Shown here in pieces: positions 19,469-30,044 of a stretch of DNA of 64,000 bases. Position 1 is the first letter of the stretch. Every line of letters begins with the position of its first letter. This DNA is from an uncultured Pelagibacteraceae bacterium (GTDB taxonomy: Bacteria > Pseudomonadota > Alphaproteobacteria > Pelagibacterales > Pelagibacteraceae): NCBI GenBank assembly GCA_902627745.1, contig CACOKG010000001.1:391-64390 (forward strand). Reading direction: 5' to 3'. The notes under the pieces are model-generated. The model was not told the DNA's origin. It worked only from the letters and a program-made list of their open reading frames with translations, and ran no database searches. Both the position numbers and the translations under genes were made by a program.

Positions 19469-20498
19469 AATTTTAAAATTATTAAGAGATCAAAAGAGGT
19501 TTAACAAGTTATTTCTTTTTTTATCAAATTTTGAAAATAATTTTTTTCAAATAGATAGACTTAAAATTAAAAATCCTGTGTTCATTTGTGGAATGGCAAG
19601 ATCTGGAACTACTTTTTTAACTCATTTATTAGATTCATCGAATTATTTTGGTACCTTTAAATATAAATATCTTCCATTCTATAAAATACCAATTTTTTGG
19701 AATTACATAAATAATTTATTTTATTTAAGTAAAAAAAAAAGACAGAGACTACATGGTGATAATTTAAAGGTAAATATTAATAGCCCAGATTCATTTGAAG
19801 AATTAATTTGGAAGAATTTTTTAGAGGATTATGATTTGAAAGGTTATTGGCAAAAAGTTGAGTATGATGAATTTAGTGATTTATCTAAAAATTTAGAATT
19901 ATTTATTAAAAAAATAATTCACATTAATAAGGTAGATAGATATTTATCGAAAAATAATAATAATATTTTTAGGATTAAATATTTATTAAAGAAATTTCCA
20001 GATTCAAAAATAGTCGTTGTTATAAGAAACCCTGTTGACTTAGCTTTTTCTTCCGCAAAAGTTCATTTAAAATTTCTAAAATATCATAAAACCATTAAAA
20101 ATTTTTCTGAGGAATTGAGCGAATTAGGGCATTATGAATTTGGATTTCAAAGAAAAATGTTTGATTTGACAGGAAATAAATCATTAAATCCACAAAATAT
20201 AAGATTTAAAACAATTAATTTATATTTAGATAGATATCTAGATTTATTAAATTTTATTAGCAAAAACTATTCCAAAGAAATCGAGGATAAAAAGATTGTC
20301 ATTTTGAATTATGATAACTTAAAAAAAATTAATGATTTATCGAAATTATTTCAATACTTAAACATTGATTTAAATGAAGATATGCGAAGTTATTTTGATA
20401 GTAACTTTGTATTAAACACTTATCAAAGAAATGAAAAATTTAAAAAAAAAATTGTTATGAAAGAATTTATAAATTTATCTAAATATTCAATAGTTTGA
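19461..20498 (+). CDS. PAPS-dependent sulfotransferase
   Basis: 5'-PSB loop FICGMARSGTT and 3'-PB IRNPVDLAFS; no signal peptide. Confidence 0.88.
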   Translation: MSIILKLLRDQKRFNKLFLFLSNFENNFFQIDRLKIKNPVFICGMARSGTTFLTHLLDSSNYFGTFKYKYLPFYKIPIFWNYINNLFYLSKKKRQRLHGDNLKVNINSPDSFEELIWKNFLEDYDLKGYWQKVEYDEFSDLSKNLELFIKKIIHINKVDRYLSKNNNNIFRIKYLLKKFPDSKIVVVIRNPVDLAFSSAKVHLKFLKYHKTIKNFSEELSELGHYEFGFQRKMFDLTGNKSLNPQNIRFKTINLYLDRYLDLLNFISKNYSKEIEDKKIVILNYDNLKKINDLSKLFQYLNIDLNEDMRSYFDSNFVLNTYQRNEKFKKKIVMKEFINLSKYSIV

Positions 20499-20507
20499 AT
20501 TATTTTT

Positions 20508-20675
20508 TTAAGCCACAAAATTATACACAATTAAAACAGAAGCTATGATAACTATCCAAATCAAAGAGTTTTTGAAAAATACTTTTGATTTTGAGTTTGA
20601 TCTTAAAAATTCAGGTAAAACAAGAATTAAAACCGCTATTAAAAAAATAGCTGGAACTATTTCTTCTAATCCCAT
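20508..20675 (-). CDS. Small two-TM membrane protein (55 aa; not in the ORF track)
   Basis: Manual translation MGLEEIVPAIFLIAVLILVLPEFLRSNSKSKVFFKNSLIWIVIIASVLIVYNFVA*; starts 3 nt after the dnaJ stop. Confidence 0.7.
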   Translation of the reverse strand: MGLEEIVPAIFLIAVLILVLPEFLRSNSKSKVFFKNSLIWIVIIASVLIVYNFVA

Positions 20676-20678
20676 TTT

Positions 20679-21815
20679 TTAACCATTCCAGAAACTTTTA
20701 GCTTTTTGAAAAAATTTTTTTATGCTTGGGTTCGATTTTTCATTTTCTATTTTTCTAAATCGTTCTAATAAATCTTTCTGCTCTTTATTTAAAAATACTG
20801 GAACTTCAGTTTTGACTTGAACATATAAGTCACCAAAATCACCCCTTCGCATAAACGGCATACCTTTGCCCTTTAATCTAAATTGCTTCCCATCTTGAGT
20901 TCCGTCTGGTATTTTAATTTTTGCTTTTTTTCCATCGATTGTAGGTATTTCTATCGTTGTACCTAGAGCTGCATCAGCAATTGAAATTGGAAATTCAAAA
21001 AATAAATTGACATCAGATCTTTTAAATAATTCATGAGATTTAACATTTATAAATAAATATAAATCTCCACTAGTACCCCCTCTTGTTCCAGCTTCACCTT
21101 TGCCAGCAAGTCTTATTCTCGTCCCATCATCTACACCTTTAGGTATTGTTACAGATACTTTTTTGTTTGTTTGTTTATTACCTTGCCCATTACAATCTCC
21201 ACACGGATTGGTAATTTCTTCACCGCTTCCTGAACATTGAGGACAAGTTTGTTGGACTGTAAAGAAACCTTGATTAGATCTTACTCTTCCATTTCCTCCA
21301 CAATAAGTACATCTTTCTGGACTTGAACCTGGTTTTGAACCATTTCCTTTACAAGTATTACATTTTTCAGACGTAGAGAATTGAATGTTCTGTTTTTTTC
21401 CAGTGTATGCCTCCTCTAGTGTAATTGATAAATCATATCTTAGATCTGAACCTCTGTTATTTGAGCTTCTTCTTGAACTTCTTCTACCTCCACCACCAAA
21501 GTCTCCAAAAAAATCTTCAAAAATATCCGAGAAATCTGCTCCGCTAAACCCTCCAAAACCTCCAAAACCACCTCTACCACCACCACCGTTTTCAAAAGCA
21601 GCATGGCCAAAGTTATCGTAGTTTTCTTTTTTAGATTTGTCAGAGAGAACACCATAAGCCTCACTGGCTTCTTTAAATTTATCTTCTGCAGATTTATCAC
21701 CAGGATTTTTGTCAGGGTGGTATTTAACGGCTAATTTTCTGTAGGCTGATTTTAGTTCATCAGGGCTTGCGCTTTTACTTACTCCCAAGACATCATAATA
21801 ATCTCTTTTAGCCAT
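20679..21815 (-). CDS. dnaJ: Chaperone DnaJ
   Basis: HPD J-domain, G/F-rich region, four CxxCxGxG repeats. Confidence 0.98.
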   Translation of the reverse strand: MAKRDYYDVLGVSKSASPDELKSAYRKLAVKYHPDKNPGDKSAEDKFKEASEAYGVLSDKSKKENYDNFGHAAFENGGGGRGGFGGFGGFSGADFSDIFEDFFGDFGGGGRRSSRRSSNNRGSDLRYDLSITLEEAYTGKKQNIQFSTSEKCNTCKGNGSKPGSSPERCTYCGGNGRVRSNQGFFTVQQTCPQCSGSGEEITNPCGDCNGQGNKQTNKKVSVTIPKGVDDGTRIRLAGKGEAGTRGGTSGDLYLFINVKSHELFKRSDVNLFFEFPISIADAALGTTIEIPTIDGKKAKIKIPDGTQDGKQFRLKGKGMPFMRRGDFGDLYVQVKTEVPVFLNKEQKDLLERFRKIENEKSNPSIKKFFQKAKSFWNG

Positions 21816-21843
21816 GTATATAACCTGGACAAATAGATGTCAG

Positions 21844-23769
21844 TTAAGCGCTTTTTTCTTTATTCTCGTCTTTTACTTCCTCAAAGTCCGCATCAACAAC
21901 ATTATCGTCTTTCTTTCCTTTATCATCTTTTCCATCATCTTTATCAGAATCTGGTTTTGTACTTTGTTGTGACTTGTAAATAGCTTCACCCAGTTTCATT
22001 GAAGCTTGTACTAATGTTTCTGTTTTTTTCTTGATGTCCTCAATATCTTCACTTTTAAGAGATTCTTTTAATGCATTAGATCCATCCTCAATTGCTTTTT
22101 TCTCAGCATCTGAAACCTTAGATCCATGCTCTTTTAGATTTTTTTCAGTCGAATGAATTAAAGTATCTGCCTGATTTCTAACATCAACAGACTCTCTTTT
22201 TTTCTTATCTGCATCTTTGTTCGCTTCGGCATCTTTTACCATTTTTTCAATCTCTTCATCACTTAATCCACCAGAGGCTTGAATTTGAATTTTTTGTTCT
22301 TTGCCAGTGCCTTTGTCTTTAGCTGATACATTCACAATTCCATTAGCGTCTATATCAAAAGTTACCTCAATTTGAGGAACTCCTCTTGGTGCTGGAGCAA
22401 TACCAACTAGTTCAAAATTACCAAGTAATTTATTATCTGTTGCCATTTCCCTTTCACCCTGAAGAACACGTATTGAGACGGCAGGCTGGTTATCTTCAGC
22501 AGTAGAAAATACCTGGCTTTTTTTTGTGGGTATCGTTGTATTTTTTTCAATAAGTTTTGTGGAAACGCCACCTAGAGTTTCAATTCCTAAAGACAACGGT
22601 GTAACATCCAGTAAAAGAACATCTTTTACATCACCCTGTAAAACACCAGCCTGTATTGCTGCACCCATTGCAACAACTTCATCAGGATTAACACTTTTGT
22701 TTGGTTCTTTGCCAAAGAAATTTTTTACCTCAGAGATGACTTTTGGCATCCTGGTCATACCTCCAACCATTACCACTTCATCAACATCGCTAGCTGAAAT
22801 TCCAGCGTCCTTCAAAGCAGTTTTACATGGTGGTATAGTTTTAGCGATTAAATCTTCAACTAAAGCCTCTAACTTTGCTCTGGTCATTTTTAAATTTATG
22901 TGTTTAGGACCAGTTTTATCAGCAGTTATAAATGGTAAATTAATATCTGTTTGCTCTGCTGCTGAAAGTTCAATTTTTGCTTTTTCAGCCGCCTCTTTTA
23001 GTCTTTGTAATGCTAACTTATCAGTTCTTAAATCAATACCACTATCTTTTTTGAACTCAGAAATTAAATATTCCACAACAGCATTGTCAAAATCTTCTCC
23101 ACCTAAAAAAGTATCACCATTTGTGGATTTTACTTCAAAAACTCCATCACCTAATTCAAGAATAGACACATCAAAGGTTCCACCACCTAAATCGTAAACT
23201 GCAATTTTTTTATTTTGTTTTTTATCCAAACCATATGCTAGTGAAGCTGCAGTTGGTTCGTTAATAATTCTTAAAACCTCTAACCCAGCTATTTTTCCAG
23301 CATCTTTTGTAGCTTGTCTTTGTGCATCGTTAAAATATGCAGGGACTGTTATTACTGCTTTTGTAACAGCTTGACCTAAATATTTTTCAGCAGTCTCTTT
23401 CATTTTTTGCAAAATAAAAGCAGAAATTTGTGAAGGTGAATATTTTTCTCCCTTAGCTTCAATCCATGCGTCACCTTTTTCAGAATTTACAATCTTAAAA
23501 GGTGCAGCCTCGATATCTTTTTTAACAGTTGGGTCTTCAAAATTTCTACCAATTAATCTTTTAACTGCGAAAATTGTATTTTCTGGGTTTGTTACTGCTT
23601 GTCTTTTAGCAGGTTGTCCTATTAATTTTTCTTTTTCTTCAGTAAAAGCAACCACCGAAGGTGTAGTTCTTGTACCCTCAGCATTTTCCAAAACTTTTGC
23701 TTGGCTTCCCTCCATTATAGCCACACAAGAGTTTGTTGTTCCTAAATCTATTCCAATTATTTTGCTCAT
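21844..23769 (-). CDS. dnaK: Chaperone DnaK
   Basis: [25 protein letters not shown]. Confidence 0.99.
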   Translation of the reverse strand: MSKIIGIDLGTTNSCVAIMEGSQAKVLENAEGTRTTPSVVAFTEEKEKLIGQPAKRQAVTNPENTIFAVKRLIGRNFEDPTVKKDIEAAPFKIVNSEKGDAWIEAKGEKYSPSQISAFILQKMKETAEKYLGQAVTKAVITVPAYFNDAQRQATKDAGKIAGLEVLRIINEPTAASLAYGLDKKQNKKIAVYDLGGGTFDVSILELGDGVFEVKSTNGDTFLGGEDFDNAVVEYLISEFKKDSGIDLRTDKLALQRLKEAAEKAKIELSAAEQTDINLPFITADKTGPKHINLKMTRAKLEALVEDLIAKTIPPCKTALKDAGISASDVDEVVMVGGMTRMPKVISEVKNFFGKEPNKSVNPDEVVAMGAAIQAGVLQGDVKDVLLLDVTPLSLGIETLGGVSTKLIEKNTTIPTKKSQVFSTAEDNQPAVSIRVLQGEREMATDNKLLGNFELVGIAPAPRGVPQIEVTFDIDANGIVNVSAKDKGTGKEQKIQIQASGGLSDEEIEKMVKDAEANKDADKKKRESVDVRNQADTLIHSTEKNLKEHGSKVSDAEKKAIEDGSNALKESLKSEDIEDIKKKTETLVQASMKLGEAIYKSQQSTKPDSDKDDGKDDKGKKDDNVVDADFEEVKDENKEKSA

Positions 23770-23789
23770 ATCAGTTATTCATTCTCTTC

Positions 23790-23817
23790 ATATAGGGTTG
23801 AAATTGAATTCTACAAG
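23790..23817 (-). promoter_or_regulatory. RpoH (sigma32)-type promoter of dnaK
   Basis: The minus strand reads CTTG-N17-CCTATAT, matching the alphaproteobacterial RpoH consensus, 20 nt upstream of the dnaK ATG. Confidence 0.75.
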
Positions 23818-23829
23818 TTCATTTAAATA

Positions 23830-24456
23830 TTATTTATCTCCTGAATTTTCTTTATTTTCCTCATTTTTTTCTGCTTTTTTTTCACTTTTTTTGGCCACAC
23901 CAACTAAAGCAGGTCTCAATAATCTGTCTTTAATTGTAAATCCTTTTTGTATTTCCTGAACAATTGTTCCAGGTTCTTTTTGATCATCCTCAATTTCAAT
24001 CATTGCTTGGTGAAAATTTGGATCTAATTTTTTGTTGAGACATTCAATAGGCTTAATTTTGTTTTTTAAAAAAATTGAAATTAAATCCTTATTTATAATG
24101 TCAAAATGTTCGAGTGTTTTTTTTAAAGCCTCAGTATCCTTTAAAGTTTCATCGTTTAATAGAATTTGTTTTGATCTTTCAAGATTATCTATTAAATTTA
24201 AAGCTTCTCTTGCAAAAGAAAAACCTCCATATTCAAAAGCATCTTCTTTCTCTTTTTCAAACCTTCTTCTTTGGTTCTCCATTTCAGCGAATGATCTTGC
24301 AAGTTTATCTTCTAGCTCTAAAATTTTCTCTTCTGGTGTTTTTTCTTGTTCTTGATTATTTGTTTCTAAATTTTCAGTTTTTTGATCTTGATTTAAATCT
24401 TTTTGATCTTTCTCAGATGTTTTATCTGTATTTTCTTGGTTTTGATCTTTTTCCAT
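23830..24456 (-). CDS. grpE: Nucleotide exchange factor GrpE
   Basis: AEMENQRRR, DPNFHQAM, GFTIKDRLLRPALV. Confidence 0.96.
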   Translation of the reverse strand: MEKDQNQENTDKTSEKDQKDLNQDQKTENLETNNQEQEKTPEEKILELEDKLARSFAEMENQRRRFEKEKEDAFEYGGFSFAREALNLIDNLERSKQILLNDETLKDTEALKKTLEHFDIINKDLISIFLKNKIKPIECLNKKLDPNFHQAMIEIEDDQKEPGTIVQEIQKGFTIKDRLLRPALVGVAKKSEKKAEKNEENKENSGDK

Positions 24457-24462
24457 ATGTAC

Positions 24463-24492
24463 ATATATGGTAAGAAAAAAATAAATTTCTAG
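24463..24492 (-). promoter_or_regulatory. Possible RpoH-type promoter of grpE (near-leaderless)
   Basis: The minus strand reads CTAG-N18-CCATATAT, ending 6 nt before the grpE ATG; the -35 element is imperfect. Confidence 0.45.
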
Positions 24493-25095
24493 ATGTTAAA
24501 AAAAAAAATTAAACAACTTCTTATAGGTACGAATAATAAAGGAAAATTAGAGGAAATTAGAGATTTATTACCAGCTAATATTAAAACATACCCAACATCA
24601 AAGTTTAATTTAAAGAGCCCAAGAGAAACAGGAAAGACTTTTAAAGAAAATTCTTTGATCAAATCTCGATATTTTTCAAAAAAAACAAATCTTATCTGTT
24701 TAGCTGATGACTCTGGTTTAGAAATTGATATCTTAAGTAAAAAACCAGGAATTTTTTCAGCAAGATGGGCTGGAAAAAAATTAAATTTTGATAAGGCAAT
24801 TCAAAAAGTTTATAGGGCGTTAGATAAAAAGGATAAAAATTGGAGAAATAAAAAAATTAATGCCAGGTTTGTTTGCGCTTTATCTATAAGTGATTTAAAT
24901 AATAAAATAGCCTGTGTTGTTGGAAAAGTTGAGGGGTATATCTCCAAAGAACCCAAGGGTAAAAATGGGTTTGGATATGACCCAATATTTATTCCTAAAA
25001 ATAAAATAAAAACATTTGGAGAGATGAGGCCATCTCAAAAGTATAAATTAGACCATAGGTCTGATGCTTTTAAAAAACTTAGAAAATTTCTTTAA
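24493..25095 (+). CDS. rdgB: Non-canonical purine NTP pyrophosphatase RdgB
   Basis: TNNKGK, ADDSGL, PGIFSARW, GFGYDPIF, HR near the C-terminus. Confidence 0.95.
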   Translation: MLKKKIKQLLIGTNNKGKLEEIRDLLPANIKTYPTSKFNLKSPRETGKTFKENSLIKSRYFSKKTNLICLADDSGLEIDILSKKPGIFSARWAGKKLNFDKAIQKVYRALDKKDKNWRNKKINARFVCALSISDLNNKIACVVGKVEGYISKEPKGKNGFGYDPIFIPKNKIKTFGEMRPSQKYKLDHRSDAFKKLRKFL

Positions 25096-26233
25096 TTTCT
25101 CCTTCATCAATTTTGTAAAAGTTTAATCTATGATTAATTTTGTTATTTTTTACATCAAAAATTCCTATTTTACCTTTGAATGAATTTTCTTTTTTAAAAA
25201 TATTGTTTACGTCTGAAAAATCAGATTTTAAAGATAAATAATAAATCAATCCCAAAAGATCATAACTTAATAAGCTGAGGTGATTTGGTTTTGAATTGTA
25301 CTTGTTTAAAAATTTTTTATTAAATGCTTCTAAATTTTGCTTATTGATCGATGGATAATATAAAGGCTGGATATTTTCCTCTAAAAATAAACTTTCATCA
25401 AACCATTGATTAAGTGTTATAAATAACTTATTTTTCGGTGATACATCGGTGTAGATAAGTGAAGTAATTACACTTTTAAGATTTTCATCAAAATCAGAAA
25501 TAATAACGGAGTCAAAATTAACATTTCCGATTGTATATTTTTTCTCTAGTTTTTTAATTTGTTCCTCTTTATCCACCAAATCTGAGTTTTCTACTCTTAA
25601 AATTTCATCAGCTAGGTTTTGTTTCCTCATCTGATAATTTGTTATTTTTTCAATTTGTTTTGTCAGTTTAGTTGGTTCTGTATCATAGATGTATTGTTTA
25701 GAAATTTTGATTTTCGATTGTTTGATGGCTCTTTTAATTTCTTTTTTATAATCAAGATCAGGTGTTAAAAAAATTGTTTTACTTACTTCACTTAATTCTA
25801 AAAAATTTTTAATTGCATTTAACTGGGATAAAGAATTTACTCCACTGCTTATCACATTTTTCGGTAGATCATTTGTTTTATTTGTTAAAGATAAAAAAAT
25901 AACATCTTGTATTTCATCCAAATACATTAAGCTTTTAAAAAAAATTGGACCAATAAAAATCTTTATTCCTTCATTCTTCAACTTAGAAGCTGATTGTAAA
26001 GTTTGATTAGGATCTATACCAGTGTCCATTGGATAAATTTCAATTTTGTCTGTTCCAATATCATTTAAAGCCATTCGGGTTGATTTAATTATTGACTGTC
26101 CTAATTCTTTATATTCACCAGATAAAGGTGCAAGTAGCCCAATTTTAATTTTTTCATTCTGTGAAAATGCAAATGAGTGATTTGTTAAATAGATAATTAT
26201 TAATGTAAAAATAATTTTAAAATTTTTTTTCAT
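25079..26233 (-). CDS. Periplasmic binding protein-fold, LpoA-like PBP activator
   Basis: Signal peptide, KIGLLAPLSG, IFIGP, LSYD, FKGKIG; divergent from rsmI as in lpoA loci. Confidence 0.7.
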   Translation of the reverse strand: MKKNFKIIFTLIIIYLTNHSFAFSQNEKIKIGLLAPLSGEYKELGQSIIKSTRMALNDIGTDKIEIYPMDTGIDPNQTLQSASKLKNEGIKIFIGPIFFKSLMYLDEIQDVIFLSLTNKTNDLPKNVISSGVNSLSQLNAIKNFLELSEVSKTIFLTPDLDYKKEIKRAIKQSKIKISKQYIYDTEPTKLTKQIEKITNYQMRKQNLADEILRVENSDLVDKEEQIKKLEKKYTIGNVNFDSVIISDFDENLKSVITSLIYTDVSPKNKLFITLNQWFDESLFLEENIQPLYYPSINKQNLEAFNKKFLNKYNSKPNHLSLLSYDLLGLIYYLSLKSDFSDVNNIFKKENSFKGKIGIFDVKNNKINHRLNFYKIDEGEIKEIF

Positions 26234-26265
26234 TTTAATGATACTATAATATTTTAACTATAAAT

Positions 26266-27129
26266 ATGATTGAAAATTTAAAATCTGCTAATAGAGTGTT
26301 CAAAAAAAGTCTATATTTAGTCTCAACTCCAATTGGGAATTTAAATGATATTAGTCTTAGAGCCATAGAAATTCTCAAAAGTTCAGATTACATTTTGTGT
26401 GAAGATACTAGAATTTCTAAAAATTTATTAGAAAAATACCAAATCAGATCAAATTTAATTGCTAATCATAAATTTAATGAGAAAAGAAATGTTGTTAAAA
26501 TTATAAAGTTAATTAATCAAGGGTCACTTATTTCTTTAATTTCAGATGCTGGCACTCCAGGTATTTCAGATCCAGGCTCTATTTTAGTTAACGAGTGCAT
26601 TAAGAATAACATAAATATTATTCCTATACCCGGTGCTTCAGCAGTCATATCAGCAGTATCAATATCAGGATTTTCAGAAAAGTTTTTCTTTTATGGATTT
26701 TTTCCTGAAAAGGATAAAACTTTAAAAGAGGATTTGGAAACTTTATCAAAATTAAATAGTTCAATCGTTTTTTTCATTTCTCCAAAAAAAATTAATAAGA
26801 TTATTCCTTTAGTTAAAAAAAATTTTATGGGAAGAAAAATTCTGATTTGTAGAGAAATGACAAAGTTTTATGAGGAATATAAAAGATTAAAAGTTGAGGA
26901 TTTAGAACCATTAAAGAGTAATTTAAAAGGTGAATTGACTATTGTTATTTCAGAGAGGATTCATGACAAAAAAGCTTCACAAACTTTAGGTGAATCAGAT
27001 AAAAGATTGATTAGAGTTATGATAAATAAACTAAGCGTAAAAGAAATAACAGATTTAATAATTTGGAAAAATAATATTTCAAAAAAAATTATCTATGATT
27101 ATTGTTTGAAAATTAAAAATGAAAAATAA
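26266..27129 (+). CDS. rsmI: 16S rRNA C1402 2'-O-methyltransferase RsmI
   Basis: LYLVSTPIGNLNDIS, CEDTR, SDAGTPGISDPG, REMTKFYEE. Confidence 0.96.
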   Translation: MIENLKSANRVFKKSLYLVSTPIGNLNDISLRAIEILKSSDYILCEDTRISKNLLEKYQIRSNLIANHKFNEKRNVVKIIKLINQGSLISLISDAGTPGISDPGSILVNECIKNNINIIPIPGASAVISAVSISGFSEKFFFYGFFPEKDKTLKEDLETLSKLNSSIVFFISPKKINKIIPLVKKNFMGRKILICREMTKFYEEYKRLKVEDLEPLKSNLKGELTIVISERIHDKKASQTLGESDKRLIRVMINKLSVKEITDLIIWKNNISKKIIYDYCLKIKNEK

Positions 27130-27712
27130 TATTCTTATTGCACTTTTTATTGGTTTTATTTTGAATGGATGTGCCGGTGTATCATCTTCAGGAATATTTG
27201 GAACAGGTGTAAGTATAGCGATTGATCCAAGATCTTTGGGAACACAGATAGATGATTCTTTAATGCAAAAAAATTTGACAGCTAGAATTTTACTAATGAA
27301 TAAAAATTATCTTTTGTCAGTTAAATCAAAGGTTCTAGATGGTAGAATATTTTTAACTGGAAAAGTTGATGAACCAGAGGAAAAATTAAGATTAACTAAA
27401 ATTGCTTGGGAAACTGATGGTGTGAGATCTGTTAGAAACGATATCAAAATAAAAGAGGCTTTTAATTTTAAACAATCAGCTAAAGATTTATTAATTACCT
27501 CACAATTGAGAACTGCCTTAATTATAAATAAAGAAATTAAGGCTACAAATTACCAAATAGATACCTATAAAAAGAAAATTTATATCTATGGTATTTCTCA
27601 AACTAAAGATGAAAAAGATCTTGTAATTTCAGAGGCAAAAGAAATTTTAGATGTTGAGGATGTAATTGCTAGTATTTTATTAGTCGATAATTTGAGGATT
27701 AAAACTAATTAA
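27119..27712 (+). CDS. Dual-BON-domain lipoprotein (DolP/YraP-like)
   Basis: Lipobox LNGC, DPRSLGTQIDD, GRIFLTG, GVRSVRN. Confidence 0.85.
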   Translation: MKNNILIALFIGFILNGCAGVSSSGIFGTGVSIAIDPRSLGTQIDDSLMQKNLTARILLMNKNYLLSVKSKVLDGRIFLTGKVDEPEEKLRLTKIAWETDGVRSVRNDIKIKEAFNFKQSAKDLLITSQLRTALIINKEIKATNYQIDTYKKKIYIYGISQTKDEKDLVISEAKEILDVEDVIASILLVDNLRIKTN

Positions 27713-29994
27713 TTTTTTTTATAATCAATTACATCAGCTGAATAAGCGGCAATTGATGCTAAATTCAATATATCAGAAGTTGATGATCTTAAAGGAGCTA
27801 TCTCGATTGGTAAACCTAAACCAATTAATAAAGGTCCAATCACTTTTGCTCTACTCATTGACTTGATCATTTTATATGAAATAGCAGCGCTATGCTGGCT
27901 TGGCATAATTAAAACATTTGAATTACCAACTATCTCAGAAAATGGGTAAAGTTCTTTATATATTTCCTCTAAGGCCACATCAGGCTGCATCTCGCCATCA
28001 AATTTAAAATCTACTTTGTCTGATTTTAAAATTTCAACAGCATCACTTAATCTTTTTGTTCTATCTGTGGCTGGCTCTCCAAAAGTAGAGTGAGATAAAA
28101 AAGCGACTTTGGGATCAAAACCAAATAGTTTTGCAACTCTTGCAGCTGATTTTGCCATTTCAGCTAATTCTCTAGCGTCTGGATATTCTATAACCGATGT
28201 ATCACAAATAAAGATTGTTTTACCTCTATTTACAACTAAATTTAATCCAAACATTATTTCACCTGGTCTGGGGTCAACGACTTTAATTATTTTTTCGAGC
28301 GAGGATGAATATCTTCTTGTGTTCCCAGTTATCATCGCATCTGCATCCTGACATGCAACCATACATGATGCCCAAATTACCCTGTCGTTTCTTACTAGTC
28401 TATCACAATCCCACTCCAACATCCCCTTTTCTCTTTGGAGTTTTTTAAATAAATATTTTACATATTTTTCTCTTTTAGCGGTGTCTTTTGAGTTTACAAT
28501 TTCAATATCAAAATTTTCGTTATAACCAATTTTTTTTATTTGATTTTTAATTAGCTCCTCTTTTCCAACTAAGATAGGTATACCTAAGTCAGAGTTTTTG
28601 AAAGCTATCGCAGCTTTAAGAGTATTTTCATCCTCACCATCCGCAAAAACAACTTTTTTTTGTTTTTTCTTAATATAGCTATTTACCCCTTGCATGATTG
28701 TTACTGTTGGATCTAATCGTTGCTTAAGTTGATCTTTATAAAAATCAAAATTATCAATTTTTTTTCTTGCAACTCCAGTATTAATAGCAGCTTTAGCAAC
28801 TGCGGCCGGTATAACACTTATTAATCTTGGATCGAATGTTGATGGAATTATATAATCCTTTCCATAATGAGGTCTTTCACCTCCCATTGCTGCAATGACT
28901 TCATCTGGCACATCTTCTTTAGCTAATTTTGCTATCGCATGTGCAGCTGCAATTTTCATATCTTCATTAATCGTTTTTGACCGCACATCTAATGCACCTC
29001 TAAAAATATATGGAAACCCTATTAAATTGTTTACTTGATTAGGATAATCTGACCTTCCAGTTGCTATAATTGCATCATCTCTTACTTCTTCGATTTCTTC
29101 AGGTGTAATTTCTGGGTCAGGGTTAGCACATGCAAATATAATTGGATTTTTTGCCATTTTTTTAACCATGTCTTTAGTTAATGCTCCTTTTGCAGATAAG
29201 CCTAAAAAAACATCAGCATTTAAAATTGCATCATCCAAAGTTCTTTCTTTTGTCTCAGTTGCATGACTTGATTTCCATTGGTTCAAATTATCTCGACCTC
29301 TGTAAATCACCCCTGTTCTATCTACCATCGTAATGTTTTTTTGGGGCACACCTGTTTTTTTAAATAAGTTAGCACAAGCCATAGCTGACGCTCCAGCACC
29401 ATTTATAACTATTTTAACTTTATCAATTTTTTTTTTACTTATATCCAAAGCATTAATTAATGCTGCCGTTGTGATAATTGCAGTTCCGTGTTGGTCATCA
29501 TGGAACACTGGTATATCAAGTATTTCTTTAAGCTTCTCTTCAATAATAAAACAATCGGGAGCAGCAATATCTTCAAGATTAATACCACCAAAACTTGGAG
29601 CAAAATTTTTTATACTATTAATGATTTCATTCGGATCCTGAGAGTCAATCTCTAAATCAATAGAATCTATATCAGCAAACCTTTTAAATAAAACAGCTTT
29701 TCCCTCCATAACTGGTTTAGATGCTAATGCACCTAAATTTCCCATACCTAAAATTGCCGACCCATTACTTATAACTGCAACAAGATTTCCTTTACTGGTA
29801 TAATCAAATGCTGTTTCAGGATTTTCACTAATAGCTCTAACCGGGGCAGCCACACCTGGAGAGTATGCTAAAGCGAGATCTCTCTTTGTCGTCATATTTT
29901 TTGATGAAGATATTTCAATCTTGCCTGGCTTTTTATCTTTGTGAAAATCTAGAGCTTCTTTATCTGTGTAATGATCAATTTTTGTTTTTTTCAT
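27709..29994 (-). CDS. maeB: NADP-dependent malic enzyme with phosphotransacetylase-like domain
   Basis: [39 protein letters not shown]; PTA-like C-terminus with DGEMQPD. Confidence 0.96.
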   Translation of the reverse strand: MKKTKIDHYTDKEALDFHKDKKPGKIEISSSKNMTTKRDLALAYSPGVAAPVRAISENPETAFDYTSKGNLVAVISNGSAILGMGNLGALASKPVMEGKAVLFKRFADIDSIDLEIDSQDPNEIINSIKNFAPSFGGINLEDIAAPDCFIIEEKLKEILDIPVFHDDQHGTAIITTAALINALDISKKKIDKVKIVINGAGASAMACANLFKKTGVPQKNITMVDRTGVIYRGRDNLNQWKSSHATETKERTLDDAILNADVFLGLSAKGALTKDMVKKMAKNPIIFACANPDPEITPEEIEEVRDDAIIATGRSDYPNQVNNLIGFPYIFRGALDVRSKTINEDMKIAAAHAIAKLAKEDVPDEVIAAMGGERPHYGKDYIIPSTFDPRLISVIPAAVAKAAINTGVARKKIDNFDFYKDQLKQRLDPTVTIMQGVNSYIKKKQKKVVFADGEDENTLKAAIAFKNSDLGIPILVGKEELIKNQIKKIGYNENFDIEIVNSKDTAKREKYVKYLFKKLQREKGMLEWDCDRLVRNDRVIWASCMVACQDADAMITGNTRRYSSSLEKIIKVVDPRPGEIMFGLNLVVNRGKTIFICDTSVIEYPDARELAEMAKSAARVAKLFGFDPKVAFLSHSTFGEPATDRTKRLSDAVEILKSDKVDFKFDGEMQPDVALEEIYKELYPFSEIVGNSNVLIMPSQHSAAISYKMIKSMSRAKVIGPLLIGLGLPIEIAPLRSSTSDILNLASIAAYSADVIDYKKN

Positions 29995-30044
29995 TTATGC
30001 TAATTAGGTGTACAAATGGGGTAAAATTAAGACTAATATGATTT

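Noticed and set aside
17177-20507. 10-bp inverted repeat AAAAATAATT / AATTATTTTT at the two edges of the sulfation islet
   Set aside because: It is pure A/T in a very AT-rich genome, with no transposase or target duplication; likely chance.
21480-21590. CCACC/CCTCC-type repeats in dnaJ
   Set aside because: They encode the normal Gly/Phe-rich linker.
22526-23197. 223-aa antisense ORF in dnaK, and similar shadow ORFs inside rho, mnmE, mnmG, maeB, nusA, pnp, katG, fabI and ubiB
   Set aside because: They lie opposite well-conserved genes, have no recognisable motifs, and are expected from codon bias.
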